Shown one piece after another: positions 10,900-20,449 of a stretch of DNA of 53,582 nucleotides (position 1 is its first letter; each line of letters opens with the position of its first letter). Location of the stretch: contig DF237402.1 in the NCBI GenBank assembly GCA_000708835.1, positions 1 to 53,582 on the forward strand, in the 5' to 3' direction. The notes under the pieces were generated by a model. It ran no database searches, was not told where the DNA came from, and was given only the letters and a program-made list of their open reading frames with translations. Source of the stretch: Klebsormidium nitens. Lineage: Eukaryota > Plantae > Klebsormidiophyceae. The position numbers and the translations under genes were made by a program.

Positions 10900-11789
10900 C
10901 GCTCAATAGCGTTCTTAAAGAGTCCAAAATTAGTAGGGGCCCTGGCGACGTCGTCGACGACCTCGAAATCATCCTTGTCGGACATGAAAAAGGGGTAATT
11001 GAGAAGGTCTTGGATACAAGGGCGTTCGCTCTCGGGTTTGATGCAGTCGAGGATGAGGGACTTGAGATGCTTGTGCTTCACAAAGAGGAGTTCGTCGGGG
11101 GGCGTGAAATTCAGGATCTCCATGTAGAGTTGGCTGACCGTGCGAAAGCGCGTGTACGGCTTTCGGAGCGTGTACATCTTCAGCAAGGCCCTTCCAAAGG
11201 AATAGACGTCGGCCTTGTGGGTATACTTACCCTGAAGGCACTCGGGGCTCATGTATTCCGCCGTTCCCAGGACAGACAACGTTGTCCGTGACGAGCTCAG
11301 CACGGAGGCAAATTCTAGATCGCCCAATGCCACGTCGCCCGTGTAGTTGTTGACAAAGACGTTCGCACACTTCAGATCTCGGTGCGCAATGGGCATCGGC
11401 CTGTCGTGCAAGAAGCACAGGGCGTCGATGAGCTGCCGTCCCCACTTTCGGATGACGCTGATCTCCTGCTTGCCGTGCTTGCGGACGTACGCGTCGAGAG
11501 GAGAGCCATAGAGGTCGGTGATGATGATGAGATCCCGGCTGTTATCCACCCACGAACTCACCATCCGCACGATGTGGGGATGCGAAATCTCGGAAAGCAT
11601 CTGCACCTCACGGACAGCCCTCGAATTGGCTCCATAGCCAACCACCGCAGCGGGAACCTTGCACCACGCTACCTCGCAACCCTCCTGCCGGTCGAAGCCC
11701 TTGTACACCGTTTTCGAAGACCCGAAACCTATCGTCTCGTTGCTGCAAACGAACCGGCCCGTCAAGTCCTTCTTCAAGGCCTCCTGCAT
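10872..11789 (-). CDS. WNK: WNK-family Ser/Thr kinase, kinase domain only, copy 1
   Basis: GFGSSKTVYKGFD...EVAWC (Lys in the Gly-rich loop, Cys at the subdomain II Lys site), HRDLKCANVF, GDLE, GTAEYMSPE. Confidence 0.92.
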   Translation of the reverse strand: MQEALKKDLTGRFVCSNETIGFGSSKTVYKGFDRQEGCEVAWCKVPAAVVGYGANSRAVREVQMLSEISHPHIVRMVSSWVDNSRDLIIITDLYGSPLDAYVRKHGKQEISVIRKWGRQLIDALCFLHDRPMPIAHRDLKCANVFVNNYTGDVALGDLEFASVLSSSRTTLSVLGTAEYMSPECLQGKYTHKADVYSFGRALLKMYTLRKPYTRFRTVSQLYMEILNFTPPDELLFVKHKHLKSLILDCIKPESERPCIQDLLNYPFFMSDKDDFEVVDDVARAPTNFGLFKNAIERYCFSGSSD

Positions 11790-11870
11790 GGTCGCTCGCT
11801 ACGGTGTTCCAGGAAAACTTGCGTGCGTCAAATACTCTCGTAAATATACGTATTCCTACCTAGGGTAGAG

Positions 11871-13007
11871 ATGCTGGCAGCGCTAGATGTGTTCTCCGGG
11901 ATAGGCGGGTTTGCGAGAGCTCTGCAGGGGATCGCGACGATCAAAAGGTTCTGCGACATCGACTCAGCTGCACGGGCGTGCTTGCAGAAGAACATGGACA
12001 AAGGACTTTTAGAGAAGGCCGAGATCGAGACCGACATTCGACACTTGAAGGGGTCAAAAGATATCGACCTGATTGCTGCGGGCATTCCGTGCCTCGGATT
12101 CTCGCCACTGGGCCTTGAGCAAGGGAGGCTTCGAGCACGTCCGGACGAAGGTATTCTACGAGCTCCTCAGGGTGATCGACGAGTGCGAACCGAAGCTTCT
12201 CTTCCTGGAAAACGTACCGAATATAGTCCTGCATGGCATGCACACGGTGGTCGACGAACTGCATGACAGACGGGGGTACGATCTCTCGTGGGTCGTTTTG
12301 CCCGCCTACGCAGTGGGCGCTCACCACACAGGCCTACGGTGGTTCTGTCTCGCGAGGAAGCCCGGCCTCGACCTGAGTTGGGAAGGGTTGCGCTTCGTGC
12401 CACACCGTTTCGACACCGAGGACGCGCCACCCAGGGTGATCGGCCAGGAAGATCCGGGATGGGTAGAGAGGGCGAAGAGGTGCTTTCTCTTGGGGAACAG
12501 CATCGTGCCTTGCGTGGCCCGCCTTGCCTTCTTCCTGCTGGCCAGTGGCTTCAGGCAGGGTGATATATCCGCTCCCACACTGGTCATGGGTGAGCCGAAT
12601 CCAGCCCTGTGCACGGTCGTCGACGAAACTCACCCCGGTTTCTACTTTCCAAAGTGGGGAGGGGTCGACTCGTGCAGTGTTTACAGCATCCCGATTATGC
12701 ACTTCAAGCGGCCAGAGTTGCAGCTTCGGCTGCTCCAGAAACCCAAGCTCGAAGTCCTACTCACTGACAAGGTTACCTCCCCGGTCATCTATTCTCGATT
12801 CATGCGACTGTGGAGCACCCCGAGGTCGGGCTGGATGCGTGGGCTCCAGCCGCGTCCTAACCGACAGAAGTAGTCGTGACCTCCCGAACCAGGTGAAGTT
12901 TGAGGTAGGCACCCCAGACACAATTAGACATGGGCAGCTGAATCCCGATTCCAAGGGTTGAGATTGTACTGATGGGGTATCCCAAAGGATATACGTGCTT
13001 CAAGTAG
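11871..13007 (+). pseudogene. C5 cytosine DNA methyltransferase with about 3 frameshifts
   Basis: DVFSGIGGF (motif I), AGIPCLGFS (catalytic PC), FLENVPNI, RWFCLA, LLGNSIVP. The C-terminal LTDRSSRDLPNQVKFE...LNPD and VEIVLMGYPKGYT lie in shifted frames; stop at 13005-13007. Confidence 0.88.
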
Positions 13008-13068
13008 GTTATTGCGTGGGCCTCGGGTGCGGCGAGAGGACTGCAATTCTTCTCCTCGCAATAGATCA

Positions 13069-13449
13069 ATGGAGGCAGTCTCCACATCCATCAACAAAGC
13101 CAAGAGGGTGTTGCAGGTCAACATCGCTCCCCGATGCATCAAAGAAACCGGGCCCACCAGCTTTGCGGCAAAGCTTCGGAACGTTGCAGACGAGGCAAAG
13201 AGCTCGAAGTCGGCTGGTAAGGTCGACAGGGTGGTAGTCATAGTGGACGGCACGGGCGCGAGCGAGTGCGGGTCGGCTGCACTGAAGGCTCTCGGCCAGC
13301 TGTTCAGCCTCGAGGACTGCAGCCTCTTGGACGTGGTCAGTACGATCCTCCTGATCAACGCGGACGAGACGTTGAAGGCTGCCTGAGCGATCGCCAAGCT
13401 GGTCGAGCCGGCCAAGAAGTACGCCTCGCTCGGTCGGGTGCTCGAATGA
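13069..13449 (+). pseudogene. CRAL-TRIO/Sec14-like small protein with internal TGA at 13384
   Basis: VVVIVDGTG...ALKALGQLF...VSTILLINADETLKAA*AIAKLV resembles the CRAL-TRIO core (D..G...K.L...I.IINA....W.I.K) if TGA was TGG; the frame stays open to 13449. Confidence 0.5.
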
Positions 13450-13467
13450 GCCTATACTCGAGTGAGC

Positions 13468-13929
13468 CTACCAGAAGGGCATCAAAGTCCAGAAGAATGA
13501 TGGTGCTGTAGAGATCTCCTCTGTTTCGTCCCAGTTGAAGCTGGGTGACTGAAGCGACTCGACGAGTTCAAAAATGGCGTCCTCCTCCGTCCAATCCATT
13601 GGCAGACCCCGGTCGTCATACACTCGACCGTCCGGTGGTGCAGTGGATGTGGAGGAGATCTCCCGTTCGCTCGGGACAGCCCTGCATATTGGGCAATCTC
13701 GTTTCTTTTTCAGCCACTCTAGGATGCACGACCGGCAGAAGGCGTGCGAACAGCCCAGCATGAAGCGGTCCGGGACCTGAATCGCCACGAAGCATATGGG
13801 GCAGGTCTCTTCCTCGGGACCAGCCTCGGCGATCACGGGCTCGTTCGGCCTGTGATGTCTGCAATAGGTAAAGCCTCCTGCATGGTTTCGGCATGCTGTT
13901 CCTTGTTTCGTGAGGCCCTTGCATAGCAT
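13468..13929 (-). CDS. RING-finger (C3HC4) E3 ligase with N-terminal small Cys/His knuckle
   Basis: CPIC...CSHAFCRSC...CPICR; N-terminal CKGLTKQGTAC...YCRHH. Confidence 0.9.
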   Translation of the reverse strand: MLCKGLTKQGTACRNHAGGFTYCRHHRPNEPVIAEAGPEEETCPICFVAIQVPDRFMLGCSHAFCRSCILEWLKKKRDCPICRAVPSEREISSTSTAPPDGRVYDDRGLPMDWTEEDAIFELVESLQSPSFNWDETEEISTAPSFFWTLMPFW

Positions 13930-14025
13930 CTTTCATTATGTTTGTACGAGCAATTTTTGTGGCAGACATCTCTCGCACGAGATGTCTCGCAGCTCACTTT
14001 TTTTGTGGTCTTATCTCAGATCGAG

Positions 14026-14274
14026 ATGACGTTGCCCGGCATGAGTGACAGCAGGAGTTTTGGATTGTCACCCTTCCTGCCTCCCAGCGAGACGAATTGG
14101 AGGATCATGCGTGCATTTCAAGCAGGAGACGGAGCAATCTATCGAGAGCACATCAACCGCGATGGCTATGTCATCATCGAGTGGTCGAGATTCGAAAACA
14201 TTTCCAACCGGGACACCCTCTCCCAATGTATCGCAAAGGATGCCGGACCCTTCCTGCGCCCCTTCATGTCGTAA
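14026..14274 (+). CDS. Small hypothetical protein
   Basis: Fills the gap between RING and TFIIB in the compact viral block; no motif recognised. Confidence 0.35.
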   Translation: MTLPGMSDSRSFGLSPFLPPSETNWRIMRAFQAGDGAIYREHINRDGYVIIEWSRFENISNRDTLSQCIAKDAGPFLRPFMS

Positions 14275-14390
14275 GCGTGGCACTTTTGACGACCGGCGGC
14301 CAGCGCCGGCCATCCGTTAGTCTTGCGCTGCCAGCTTAACATTGGTACTTAAGGGTAAGAGTCGACAGAAACGTCATAACCATAACCACG

Positions 14391-15299
14391 ATGGCGAGCT
14401 GCAAGGACTGCGACGGCGGGCTAGCGGTGGACGTGCAGAGCGGCGAGCTGGCGTGCACGGAGTGCGGACTCGTACAGAGTGCGAAGCTGACGGTGGTGGA
14501 GTGCGGTCACCGCGACTTCTTCCACGAGGGAGGGCCCCTGGATGAACAGAGCGCCGCCGTGTCCTGGCTCTCCAGTGCGAGTGGGAACCTACCAGCGCTC
14601 TGCCAGCAGACGACCTCGACTGCACTCGACCGGGATCCCAGGGTCGGGCCGGAGCGCCGCAAGGCCGGAAGGAAGGTGTTAGAGGAGTTTGCACACGTCG
14701 AGAGAGTGGTCGAGCTCCTGGGCCTTCCGTCAGTCGTGGCGAGCACGGCGCATTCGTATCTGACCACGTGCCTTTCGAAAAGGTTCGAGCGGGGCAACAC
14801 AAGACAGGGGACGGTGATTGCATGCATCTTTCATGCCTGCCGTTCGCACGGTGCCCCCCGCACTGCTCGCGAGCTCTCCGCAGTGTCCGGAGTGCCCTCG
14901 AGCAACATCAAGCAGGCCTGCAAACGAACGTCCCTCTTCGTGGCGTCCCACTCTTCAACCGAAGGCCCAAAGGACATGAGGCCAGAGGACCTTCTCGCAC
15001 GCTGCTGTGCTGCGATCATGGACCGGAAGGATCAGAAAGAGGCCAGGAAGCTTCTCCTGGCCTGCAGACAGCGGTGCGCGGTCAGAGAGCGCCTGACTGT
15101 GCTTCAGGGCAAAACACCATCGACCGTAGCAGCCGTCATCATCTGGAAGGTGGCTCAGGAGCAGAGGCTTAGTGTCAGCAGGAAAGAGATAAGCATGGGC
15201 TGTGGCATAACCGTAGGAACCTTGGTGAAGGCAGAGCATGACTATGATGGGCAGGCAAAAGAGGTGAAGAGTTCACTGACGCTCGACCTCAATCTGTGA
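14391..15299 (+). CDS. TFIIB: Transcription initiation factor IIB, intronless
   Basis: N-terminal Zn ribbon CKDC...CTECG; two cyclin repeats with RGNTRQGTVIACIFHACR..PRTARELSAVS and GKTPSTVAAVIIW...SRKEISMGCGITVGTL. Confidence 0.9.
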   Translation: MASCKDCDGGLAVDVQSGELACTECGLVQSAKLTVVECGHRDFFHEGGPLDEQSAAVSWLSSASGNLPALCQQTTSTALDRDPRVGPERRKAGRKVLEEFAHVERVVELLGLPSVVASTAHSYLTTCLSKRFERGNTRQGTVIACIFHACRSHGAPRTARELSAVSGVPSSNIKQACKRTSLFVASHSSTEGPKDMRPEDLLARCCAAIMDRKDQKEARKLLLACRQRCAVRERLTVLQGKTPSTVAAVIIWKVAQEQRLSVSRKEISMGCGITVGTLVKAEHDYDGQAKEVKSSLTLDLNL

Positions 15300-15346
15300 C
15301 ACGGTCATTGAAAATAAAATGCACATGTTACATTACATCGTCGCGC

Positions 15347-15808
15347 ATGGATAACCACCAAATACTGTTGCTCGCGGCAGGATGCGTTCTGCTCTACTTC
15401 ATATGGTCGAATTGCTCAGAGGGATTCATTGATGAAGGCTTTAGATCAGCAAAGAGGGAGGTGAAACAGGCAGCAGGGGATGTCGAGCGTGTTGCCGGCA
15501 AGGCGGCCAGAGGGGTCGGTAAGGCAGGCAAAAGGGGCGCTAAAGGGGTAGGCAAGGTGGCCGGCAAGGTGGTGGGAGGGCATAAAAAGCGGGGTGACAT
15601 GACCGGATTGACATTCGTGTGTAAGGCTGTGGACTTTGGTAACATGGGAGGAGGGATGCGCGCGGGTGCGATGATTGGGCCGATGGCCCCCGGGCAGAAA
15701 GGCAAGGGAGGCGCAGGTAAAAATCGTAAAGGGCCCCGAAATAACCCGACTAAGGGGATGGTAGCCGAGCGAGGCTTAAAGCCTTCTAAGCGAAGGGGTA
15801 CGCGTTAA
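15347..15808 (+). CDS. Putative virion membrane protein (N-terminal TM, E-G-F motif, basic Gly/Lys-rich tail)
   Basis: MDNHQILLLAAGCVLLYFIW then SEGFIDEGF; TM followed by E-G-F is a recurrent signature of NCLDV small structural proteins. Confidence 0.55.
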   Translation: MDNHQILLLAAGCVLLYFIWSNCSEGFIDEGFRSAKREVKQAAGDVERVAGKAARGVGKAGKRGAKGVGKVAGKVVGGHKKRGDMTGLTFVCKAVDFGNMGGGMRAGAMIGPMAPGQKGKGGAGKNRKGPRNNPTKGMVAERGLKPSKRRGTR

Positions 15809-15849
15809 AGCGTTCCATTTCCTCTCACGATGGCCCTGAATAAGTCCTT

Positions 15850-16845
15850 TCAAATCCAACTGCTCAGGTCCTTGCAGTGGCCGGTACTACAGAAGCCGTA
15901 TCTAATGGTACCCTCCTTATACACGACATTGACGACTGGCACGTGAATGTCGCTATCGATTGCCCCATGCACGTACGTGGCCTTGGGTGTTGTCTGGATG
16001 CGAACCTCCGTCGTCTCGACCGGGAAGAGCTCCCGCCCCTTGTACATAATTGCCATCGTGGCCTTTCCCTCGAAATCCGGGAAGCCTTCGGCGGTCAGCT
16101 CGGCAAGAACACCGCCCTTGATCAGCGTGTGCCCCTCCTCCGACGCCTGCTCTGGCTTGCCAAAAGGGAGCAGGGTGAGGCTTGCCTCTCCGAAGCAGAA
16201 GCGGATCTCGAGACCCCGGGCAGCCTCGTCTGCTAGAGCCGTCACGAAAGCCGGGAACGGCTGGCCATAGTGGAGAGGCAGAAAAGCGATGTCCACGAAC
16301 GCGTCGTGAGCGGGGCGGTCGAAGTCAGCCAGTGCATTGCAGGCCGTGTGAAGCTCCCTCGCGATGCGTTCGAAGGAACGCCACACCTCAGCCAGCTTAG
16401 TCGCCCGACGCACGAGGTTGTCTCCGGTGTGCATACTATCCCCCAGCGGGCTGTCTCCATAGATCTCCTCGGCGCAGTAACCCAGGTTGTAGAGGTCTTG
16501 CACCTTGTCTACAAACTTGGTCCTTGTCTCGGATGCTGCCACAGTATGGGTGGCCGCAAGAACGCGCACCCATCCGTATACCTGTGCCACGTCTGCCATC
16601 AGGCTGGCAATCTCGTCACTATCATGAGCTTCCCTGAGCTTGGAGACTCGCCGCAGCGCCCAGGAAAAGTAGCGGAGGGCGTTCCCGAGGTCGCCAGCAT
16701 GATCACCTTTGCTGCCCAGCCGTTCAAAGCAGCTGTCCATTTCCAGGTCGAATGAAGCCGCCCCGCGGAGCAGCTCGAGAACTCGCATGGCTGCCATTCC
16801 TCGGTCGAAGGATGTCGGTTTGGGAGGTTTCTGAGAATGAAGCAT
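15850..16845 (-). CDS. Hypothetical protein (331 aa)
   Basis: Long ORF occupying the gap exactly, with protein-like composition; no family recognised. Confidence 0.55.
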   Translation of the reverse strand: MLHSQKPPKPTSFDRGMAAMRVLELLRGAASFDLEMDSCFERLGSKGDHAGDLGNALRYFSWALRRVSKLREAHDSDEIASLMADVAQVYGWVRVLAATHTVAASETRTKFVDKVQDLYNLGYCAEEIYGDSPLGDSMHTGDNLVRRATKLAEVWRSFERIARELHTACNALADFDRPAHDAFVDIAFLPLHYGQPFPAFVTALADEAARGLEIRFCFGEASLTLLPFGKPEQASEEGHTLIKGGVLAELTAEGFPDFEGKATMAIMYKGRELFPVETTEVRIQTTPKATYVHGAIDSDIHVPVVNVVYKEGTIRYGFCSTGHCKDLSSWI

Positions 16846-17167
16846 TTTGAAATGGACCCTGTCAAAGGGCTCACCTCACATGCGCCATCCTCTGCCACAC
16901 CCCAGCAGCAAAGCTTGCCACCTCACAAAGAGCAGCAAGAGTCTAGCAGGACATTCGTTGCCAAGGCATGCAAGAGGGCGCCACCCATGATTGGCTTAGG
17001 GGCTGCGGTGAGGGTTCATTTACAAAGTCCGATGCAAGCGCCCGACTTCCTCCTGGAGCCGCTCCTCCCCGGCGACATCTACCAAACAGGACGCAGCCAG
17101 ATCAGGATCTGCAGGGCAGCGGGAGGGTTTTTCACGCTCGATCGGGAGAGTGTTCGGGCGGAGACGT

Positions 17168-17995
17168 ATGGAGGACTACGACATGCCGCAGAACCAGGAG
17201 GGGAGGGACGTGGGAACGACGGAGACTGTCTACGGGGAGTGGACGAGGAAGTTGCACGGCTGGAGGCGCAACCAGCCACTACCAGAGTACGCAGGTCTGC
17301 TAGACAAGATGACAGAGTACTTCAAGCGCCACGCGTTCGCTCCAAACAACGAGCTGGAGGTGCGGCTGGGAAAAGTGCACGAGAAACCAAGGCGCTTCGA
17401 ACCGGGGGTGTCCGCGAACATGTTTCACAAGATCCTGGAGGGCCTCCGGAGCTATCAATCCTGGGAGGACGAGACGGTGACGAGACACACTGACTACCTC
17501 ACCGGCGAGAGGCGGCTGCGTGTTTACGAGGACCCGGGGATGCCACCTGAGCTAGTCGCCAAACGGTCTCTGGTCTCCTTGGATGTCGTCTCGATGGGGT
17601 CTCCGTTCGATTTCCGCTTCTCAATCGCAAAAGAGAAGGTCGTAGAGGCGACGGAGCAGGACATAACCAGCATCACGGCAAACGCCAAGCATATCCGGCA
17701 CAAGGAGCGCATGACCTTCGCCTACAAGGCATGGCTCTTTGACCTGACCATAGTGCGAAGCCAGAGTGGGGCCTCTTCGGTGCCGACAGACGACTGCTTC
17801 GACGACACGTCCGAGGAGAGGAACGGAGGGCGGGTCTACGAGGTGGAGATCGAGCTCCGAAATCTCGCGACCAAGGTCAAAAAGACGGCTTTCAACGCGA
17901 TGAGGCTCGCAGACTCCACCCTGATAAAGCTCTTTGATCTGATGAACTTTGTCGAAGAGGTGGATGTGGAAAAGCTCTCATTCCAACCTAGCTGA
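17168..17995 (+). CDS. CYTH-superfamily mRNA-capping RNA 5'-triphosphatase (stand-alone)
   Basis: NELEVRLG (motif A), RRLRV, DFRFSIAKE, RHKERMTF, WLFDLTIV, YEVEIEL (motif C). Confidence 0.85.
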   Translation: MEDYDMPQNQEGRDVGTTETVYGEWTRKLHGWRRNQPLPEYAGLLDKMTEYFKRHAFAPNNELEVRLGKVHEKPRRFEPGVSANMFHKILEGLRSYQSWEDETVTRHTDYLTGERRLRVYEDPGMPPELVAKRSLVSLDVVSMGSPFDFRFSIAKEKVVEATEQDITSITANAKHIRHKERMTFAYKAWLFDLTIVRSQSGASSVPTDDCFDDTSEERNGGRVYEVEIELRNLATKVKKTAFNAMRLADSTLIKLFDLMNFVEEVDVEKLSFQPS

Positions 17996-18023
17996 AAGTA
18001 AATCAGGCAAATAGCAGGGGTCT

Positions 18024-18962
18024 ATGTCTGCCAGCTGCCGGATCATAGATACCAGCCCGACCGGAAAGTATGTCAGGTATGCAGAGGTCATCGGCAGGGG
18101 CTCCTACAAAATCGTTCATAGAGGCTTCGACAGAGAAAGAGGGATCGAGGTCGCATGGAGCAAGATTGTACTGAGCAAATTAGAGGTGAATGACGATTTC
18201 CACGACCAGATTCAACGGGAGGTAGATCTCCTCAAAATCATTCGTTGCACCAGTGTGGTTGAGCTCTTTGACGCATGGTTCGATCCTGAACGAAACGAGT
18301 TCCATATCGCGACAGAGCTCTTTCTGAGTGGGAGCCTAAAGGACTATCTCAAACGCCACGGACACATTGCATTGCCTGTGGTCAAGAGATGGACGCGAGA
18401 CCTTCTGGAGGGCCTCGTCTACCTACATGAGCAAGAACCACCAATCGTCCATAGGGATGTCAAGTGCGACAATATTTTCATCAGAGGGGACGTTGGGCAG
18501 GTCAAGTTGGGCGACCTTGGCCTGTCCACCCTCAAGAACAGGTCTTCGATGAGCAGTGTCGTCGGGACGCCAGAGTTCATGGCTGAAGAGATGTTTAACT
18601 CCGAGTACGACAAGAGAGTTGATTGTTACTCCCTGGGGATGTGCGTGCTCGAGATGACGACCCTCGAATACCCGTTTGCAGAATGCAAGAATATTGCACA
18701 GGTCTACCGTAAAGTCATGGAACGAAAGCCCCCAGACTCCCTGCAGCGGATCAAGGAGCCAGAGTTGAAAACCTTCATAACGAGGTGCCTCGCCCGACGA
18801 AGCATCAGGCCCACCGCGAAAGAGCTCCTGAGCGACCCTCTGTTGAGCGATTGCAATGACCCCAGCCCTCTGCTCGCAGAGCACAAGGCGATCCTGATCA
18901 GAGTAGAGCCCATAGATACGACGGCACCAAAGATTCCGAGACTGCTATCCTGTTGCTTTTGA
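18024..18962 (+). CDS. WNK: WNK-family Ser/Thr kinase, copy 2
   Basis: GRGSYKIVHRGFD...IEVAWS, HRDVKCDNIFI, VKLGDLGL, SVVGTPEFMAEE, YPFAECKNIAQVYRKV. Confidence 0.93.
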   Translation: MSASCRIIDTSPTGKYVRYAEVIGRGSYKIVHRGFDRERGIEVAWSKIVLSKLEVNDDFHDQIQREVDLLKIIRCTSVVELFDAWFDPERNEFHIATELFLSGSLKDYLKRHGHIALPVVKRWTRDLLEGLVYLHEQEPPIVHRDVKCDNIFIRGDVGQVKLGDLGLSTLKNRSSMSSVVGTPEFMAEEMFNSEYDKRVDCYSLGMCVLEMTTLEYPFAECKNIAQVYRKVMERKPPDSLQRIKEPELKTFITRCLARRSIRPTAKELLSDPLLSDCNDPSPLLAEHKAILIRVEPIDTTAPKIPRLLSCCF

Positions 18963-18965
18963 AGC

Positions 18966-19460
18966 TCAGAAGAAGAAGCTGTTGTTGTTCTTGCAAGTCA
19001 GTTCTCGCCCTGCAGTGGCTGCGGTGATGTAGGGATTGGAGTAGATGGCGGACTCACCGACTCCCCCCTCCGAAGGCCGCAGCTCCCTACCGTAAATCGA
19101 GTGCATGGGCTCTTGCCATTGACCACAGCTAGCAACGGGTATCGTCGTGGTATCATACATCGGTTGGAAATCTGGGCCGTATCGGCTCGGAGGCTCGAGG
19201 AAATGGGGCTGCCTCCGGGAATACTCCATCAGCCGGGGCGGACCCCCACCCGTCATCGGAGGGGGGCGGTAGCGCTTGGCGGCATGCCTCCTCTGCAACT
19301 CGACATGAAGTGCCTCGGTCGACACCCCGTCGCAATAGCGGGTGATTCCATCTTTGTACATCAGAACCGTCAGCGTGAGCATGTGCATAAAGAGCAGAGA
19401 AACTATCAGAATCACGGTGGACCAAGAGATATCGTTCATCATCCTGCCCCTATATGACAC
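18966..19460 (-). CDS. Hypothetical protein with N-terminal TM helix and Pro-rich tail
   Basis: WSTVILIVSLLFMHMLTLTVLMY hydrophobic segment; tightly packed between WNK copy 2 and TBP. Confidence 0.5.
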   Translation of the reverse strand: MSYRGRMMNDISWSTVILIVSLLFMHMLTLTVLMYKDGITRYCDGVSTEALHVELQRRHAAKRYRPPPMTGGGPPRLMEYSRRQPHFLEPPSRYGPDFQPMYDTTTIPVASCGQWQEPMHSIYGRELRPSEGGVGESAIYSNPYITAATAGRELTCKNNNSFFF

Positions 19461-19477
19461 TCATGTGTATAATTTTT

Positions 19478-20395
19478 TCAACGCTCGACCACCTGAAAGG
19501 TGGGGAGCTCGGTCGCTCTCTCGTCCATCTTATCCTCGATCAGCTCCAAAAACGAGCGCTTTCCTACTCGCGACCGCTCCTTCTTGGCGTTGTCTTCCTC
19601 CCACGCCGGAGTGCGCCCCTGACTGTTTAGGACGGTTGGGCTCTCCGTGACGGCCCCGATGACGAAAGCAAACGCTTGGGCGATGTCTTCCATCCGCTTC
19701 GCACCCGTTACGATGACGCTCTCGCTCTTGAAAGCCAGGACGGTGGCGCTAGCGAACTTGATGTTGCAGCCGGGGAAGTGGTCGGGTTCGTAGCGGCAAT
19801 AGACGCCATATTTTCCCGTGATCGTGTCCCGGAGTGCCTCCAGGTTGATGGGAGTGTTGAGACGAAAGTCCGTGTTGATCATCTGAATCTTTGCTGACTG
19901 GACCTTGACCGGCCTTTCCACCTGCGTACAGTCCGGACGGAGGGCCCTGATCGTCCGGATGACTACCTTGAGCGTGCCAATTGCCTCTCCGGCACTTCTC
20001 GCACCAGTCAGGTGGAACTTTCCGTTGGCAAACACCTTGCAGTTCTTTCTGGTGGTGCCGACCTTGCCGGGCGTGTAGCGGAAAGACACCTGGTTGGTGA
20101 ACTTTGCCTGCTTGGAGGCCGTGGCAATCAGGGAGATCGACCCGAGAGCGGGTTCCGCTGGGACCCGGTCCGTGACCAACGAGGCCTCTTGCAACATCTT
20201 GATGTCGATCTTGCAGTCCGTTTGGAAGATGACCGTCAGGGTAGATACGTCCGGGACGCTGGCAGGCGGGCCGTCGAGGCCCTTCCTCTGCAGGGTGCCG
20301 CTCATGGCTGCAGATGCGGCCCTGACGTCCCCCTTCCAAGACTCTATGAAGCTCTTGATCGCCGCCGACCTTGTGTCCAAGACGGGACCCTCCAT
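19478..20395 (-). CDS. TBP: Divergent TATA-binding protein (viral type)
   Basis: Two TBP repeats: FTNQVSF...CKVFANGKFHLTGAR and IQMINTDF...INLEAL...RYEPDHFPG...VLAFKSESVIVTGAK. Confidence 0.85.
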   Translation of the reverse strand: MEGPVLDTRSAAIKSFIESWKGDVRAASAAMSGTLQRKGLDGPPASVPDVSTLTVIFQTDCKIDIKMLQEASLVTDRVPAEPALGSISLIATASKQAKFTNQVSFRYTPGKVGTTRKNCKVFANGKFHLTGARSAGEAIGTLKVVIRTIRALRPDCTQVERPVKVQSAKIQMINTDFRLNTPINLEALRDTITGKYGVYCRYEPDHFPGCNIKFASATVLAFKSESVIVTGAKRMEDIAQAFAFVIGAVTESPTVLNSQGRTPAWEEDNAKKERSRVGKRSFLELIEDKMDERATELPTFQVVER

Positions 20396-20449
20396 TGCCT
20401 AACCCTCTCAGTCCTTAAGCCCCTTTTTTCAGAGAGTACTGAAAGAAGA

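Noticed and set aside
16837-17493. 218-aa ORF overlapping the triphosphatase
   Set aside because: The 3' part is a shadow frame of the triphosphatase; the 5' part (16852-17170) could be a frameshifted N-terminal extension but has no motif support.
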